Shown piece after piece: positions 59,859-64,000 of a stretch of DNA of 64,000 bases. The notes under the pieces were generated by a model. The model saw only the letters and a program-made list of their open reading frames with translations, was not told where the DNA came from and searched no databases. Each line of letters opens with the position of its first letter. Within the stretch, counting starts at the first letter, position 1. The stretch comes from Callorhinchus milii (Eukaryota): contig NW_024704743.1 of NCBI RefSeq assembly GCF_018977255.1, positions 15,006,001-15,070,000 on the forward strand, given 5' to 3'. Position numbers and translations under genes: made by a program.

Positions 59859-62811
59859 CTGAAAGAGATGTAAATCAGTTTAAAGGATATGTATTTTCTA
59901 TCTTAAGATACTTCTTTTACTTTGAATAAAGCCTCATTTGAGCCTTATTTTTTTGCCCTCTTGGACAAAGCAAATTATTATAATTGACTCAGTAAGAAGG
60001 CAGAAATTGAGGATCATCACCAAAAGTAAAAAAGGAGGGTAGAAGAACTGATGTTAACACCAAGATTTTTTAAGAATAGAATTCTGTACCACACATATCT
60101 GTTGAAGCCAAGTCCATAACAGTATTTAAAAGAGAATTGGTTAAATTCTCAAATCATATGTGACAAAAGCAGTGAATGGTACAAGAGTACATCGCTCCAG
60201 TAGAGGAGTTGTCACCATCACAGACAATGGCCTCCTTTTACGCTATAAGATTCTATAACTTGGCAGGTTGACAACATAAAATTTTAAGATTTCTAACGTA
60301 ATGGTTTAAGTAAACCAAGTCTCGTTTAGGCAATGAAAGCCTTGATATAGAACAACGTTCTAATAACTAAAAAAGCAAGAAAAACAAAATTATGATAAAT
60401 ATTAATTAGCATTACTTTAAATATCCAATTTAAACCCCAAGTAAGCATCCATGCCATAAGTAATTCATTAATTTTCAGCACCTTGGGATGTTCTCCTGAC
60501 GTGAAAGGCGCTATACAAATATAATCTTGTTGTTGTTAAGAGCAGGATGATAAAGTGGCAGAAATCTGACCATATTGTGATTCAGCTTCCCAATTGTCAA
60601 TAAATGCATTGTTTGCTAGGAACAATGAATAATTAATAGACAACACTTACATTTATCTAGTGTCCTTTACAAGGGGTAGCATCTCAAGAGTTCTTAAACA
60701 AATGTATTAAATTCTAATTAAATAACTACCTTTTTTAAAAAAATGTATAAAGTATACAACACAAATTAAGTTCTCAGCCCCTTAAAATGAACATTAAATA
60801 TTTTGAACACAGTAACACATAACAACCCAAATATTAATTCTAATCACTTGTGCTATTTCTAAGCGAGTGAGTTGTTCAAATCTTAGGAATTATTCTGAAA
60901 GAAGTTACATAGAAGCAATAATTTTGTGAATTATAACATTGATCAGATATGCTGCCATTGAATTCAGCTACAGCTCTTCAATGATCAGAAAGTCTAACTA
61001 ATATGAACTTCAGTGTGCAAAATCACAACAGACAATCAAAGAACGCAACACCCAAGCTACACTTTCAGCACTGTTTAATGAAATGACAGCATTTCCAAAC
61101 CAAGCTTCCTCAAAAACGATAAACTCTTCCAAACAAAATAGGTCTTCTCAAAACCTTGGCTTTGTTTTCAAACATTTATAAATTTGCATATTCAAATTAC
61201 AAAAGGAATTCTCTATGCCAAACAGCTCTTGTACATTATTATATATAAGTACAATAGAAATAGAAGTCTGTCAAGTTGACATGTAGAGTGCTTTGTACAA
61301 CATAGTCCTCGAGTCAATCATTTGGTTGACGGACATTAACACTGAAAAACATTCAAATAGAAATAAGGGAAACAAAAATGAGAAAAGGTATTAACAATAA
61401 AGCAGCAACATGTTCAGTACAATAGTAAAAGAATTCGAAAGAGTAAAAAGGCCACATAAATTATAAGCAATTTTAGGTGGAAGTCCACAAAACAAGAGGA
61501 AATTAAAAGGAGATCTTGAATGGAATTGTTTTACACAAGAATGTTAAAAATGTGTAGTTAGGCTCCTTAAGTGTTTTCTTCAAAAAAAATTGTTAGAACT
61601 TTCATACAGTTGTTTATTTAGAGAGTAGTTTTTAGGCAGGACTTTGAAACGCTACAGCTAGTATTAATTAATACACAACAATCTGGTGATCTTGTAAGAA
61701 TAACCCTAATCCTTATATTTGCTATACTGGCTTATCATATTGAAACATCGCAAAGCACTTTACAGGATTTTACTCTAAGATGTAGCAACTGTATTTGTAG
61801 GTCATTTACATACATCTAAATTTGTATACAGCAATGTTCAATAAACAGTCATGAAATGAGTGACCAACTTTATTTGGGGGACTATTGGCCAGGACTTTGT
61901 TATGTGGCTTGCCTACCTAAATCTTGCACATCAATTTGTCAGAACTTGTGTGCTACTTTACCCGTTATAGGAAACACAGTATCTCTAGTCTTTGGAAATT
62001 CTTTACCAAGTTTGACCAATATGTTTTTGCAGTCTCAAGAAATCAGTTTAAATAGTGACAAATTTTGAGCCCCTTTTCTATTCTTCCAATGAGAGACACA
62101 TAAAGCTTTACTTCAAGAGGTTTACTACCACATTAAAATTGCAAAACATACAATGATAGGCTGGCAACATTTCCAAACAGTTTACTGTTTTTTCTACTTT
62201 TAAGCCCAACTGTAAAGATAAACAATATTGCAATGTTCACCAGACAATAACATCTGAAGTGTAAGGATGTATGTATTTTACTCTTGCTCAGTGATGCTGT
62301 ATTCCTATAGATAATAACCTATACTTCAGTGCGTTTGAAGACTGAAGCGTTCAGATAATAGTTAATATTATCTAATCATCTCAGTTCTGCAGACATGAAA
62401 CTATTTACACAACACAATAATAAAAAAAATATTGCATTTGATATTGTGTCGAGAACATCTCAAATCACTTCATAAAGTTTCTGAGCACCTCTATGTAAAC
62501 TGATACGAGCAGCCAACACGTTTAAATAAATTCATATTAGCCGTGAACTGCTGAGCCGTCCAAGTACTGGAGGATCCCTAAGTTCTCCTGAACAGGTTGT
62601 ATTGTCAGCAATGCAGCTTTACCCTTATGACACGACTTCTGATTTGGGGCTGAGAGAGAAATCTGACAAATGATTTTGATAAAATTAATAGACAGCTGTG
62701 TTGCCCAGCTTGTGATTTTACCCAAAACACAAATTGCAATGCCATCCCAAAGCCAGCTTTATAACTGGGTAAAATGGATTATGCATTGGGATTTTGAACA
62801 TTTACAAAATA

Positions 62812-63101
62812 AATAATAATTCTTGCAGGTAATATAGCACCTTATCACATCATTGAGATGTACAGGGCTTTACAGAATATACTGGATAATGGATTGAATT
62901 TTTCTTTTTTTAAAAAAGGGATTATTACCGCCAGAAAGTGATCCACCAATCGATTAAGAAACAGGTTTCTAATTATTGCAGGGTAAACAGAGGCACCTGG
63001 AATAAGGAAACTTGCTCAAGGTTTCACCCTGCCTGGGAATTGAACCCAGGTACTCTCGCTTGCGAGGCGGGTGATGTAACCAATATTCTACAGGACTCCA
63101 C
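62812..63101 (-). mobile_element. SINE (long-body) with internal deletion
   Basis: Head ctacaggactccac and ggaattgaacccagg on plus strand; tail at 62812-62890. Confidence 0.78.
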
Positions 63102-64000
63102 TCCAAAAGGTGGTTCATTTGTATTCAAATAAACTTTCCTCAGTTCTCACCACGCTTTACGACTGCCAGCATATCAATTTCAAAGTCCCCACCCTTACCT
63201 ACAATTCTATCACACCGTGGCACCTTTTTTTCCTCAAATAGAAAACAGTAGGCATTCAAAAAATGTGGAAAAAAACAGTTATCTTAAACTTGAATTCACA
63301 GGTCCAGAAGGAAAATGTCTCAATCATTATTTCTTCCCCTTTGCCAAGGAGCTAACTGAACAGCTCTTTTCAAAACCATGTCACAAGTAAGGAAATTACA
63401 TTGAAGTCCACTCAATTCTGACTACAATTGAAACCCTATTGCACAAGATGAATTTGTCCTTCCCCCAACCACTGATATTTATTTACTGAGTATAATTAAG
63501 AACAATCAACAAAGCACGGCAAAATGGCACAGTGCAACGAAGTCCGAACACTATGCCACATAAGTGTTTGGACACAGGTTTGTGTGTATTATGGAAAAGG
63601 CATACATGCTTGCCAACACTGCATATCACTAAGAAAAGCCCAGACGCTTATCTGCAGAAGGGCAAAACCACCTCCCAGCGACTGGCTTCGAAGCAATATT
63701 GGTGAAAACTAGATATTTCTACTATATTTTCCAGAAGAGTTAAATGGAAACTGCATTTGCTACTTTAAGAATTACAAGAATTTATCCAATCTAGTCAAGT
63801 CCTTTGCAAAATTTGTAACTTGTTGCTTTTGTGAACTCTTCTAAACATATAATGACCAAAGAAGATGACTTAGTGCAAGCAAAACATCTAAGAGAAATTA
63901 TCTTACACTGCTCTCTATTCATAGCTTAAACAAAAATCTCCATGATTCAAACACCCCCCTACCCACAGTTTAACAACCTGTTATAATCTAAGACAATAAA

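Noticed and set aside
31000..63100. Strand bias of intronic retroelements
   Set aside because: Both orientations are common and numbers are too small to claim a bias
63190..63240. Strong donor-like AG|GTAAGG on the minus strand (also near 55455)
   Set aside because: No convincing acceptor or coding similarity; a cryptic exon is unsupported
59859..64000. PDCD6IP exon 1 and promoter
   Set aside because: No MATFISV-like coding sequence or CpG island seen; this region is intron 1
1..64000. CRISPR array, operon or prokaryotic defence system
   Set aside because: The sequence is a spliced vertebrate locus; the recurring ~60-bp hairpin repeats are dispersed LINE tails in both orientations, not regularly spaced

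Overview
Vertebrate genomic DNA, inferred to be from a cartilaginous fish (shark or chimaera) on the basis of its repeats: L2 and CR1 LINEs, SacSINE/DeuSINE-like elements and a Penelope-type end motif. The only protein-coding gene I can support is PDCD6IP (ALIX) on the minus strand. Coding exons 2-18 lie between 59858 and 30756; all have canonical GT-AG sites and join into one open frame of 2401 nt including the TGA stop. Exon 1 lies beyond the right end of the window. Positions 1 to about 30200 are downstream intergenic or 3'-flank DNA, densely filled with 5'-truncated L2 and CR1 LINEs and tRNA-derived SINEs. Almost all ORFs in the supplied track are repeat fragments or spurious. I found no convincing novel gene system. 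The most interesting signals are: (i) an alternative exon 7 acceptor adding YFYFQ, as I recall for a mammalian ALIX isoform; (ii) a covarying 3' stem-loop shared by two L2 lineages and a mosaic tRNA-Ala SINE, with many solo ~60-bp hairpin+tail insertions; (iii) a decayed Penelope-type hammerhead ribozyme motif; (iv) a ~96-nt intronic foldback; (v) a strong CTCF site downstream of the gene. Repeat boundaries are approximate; exon boundaries were read base by base.
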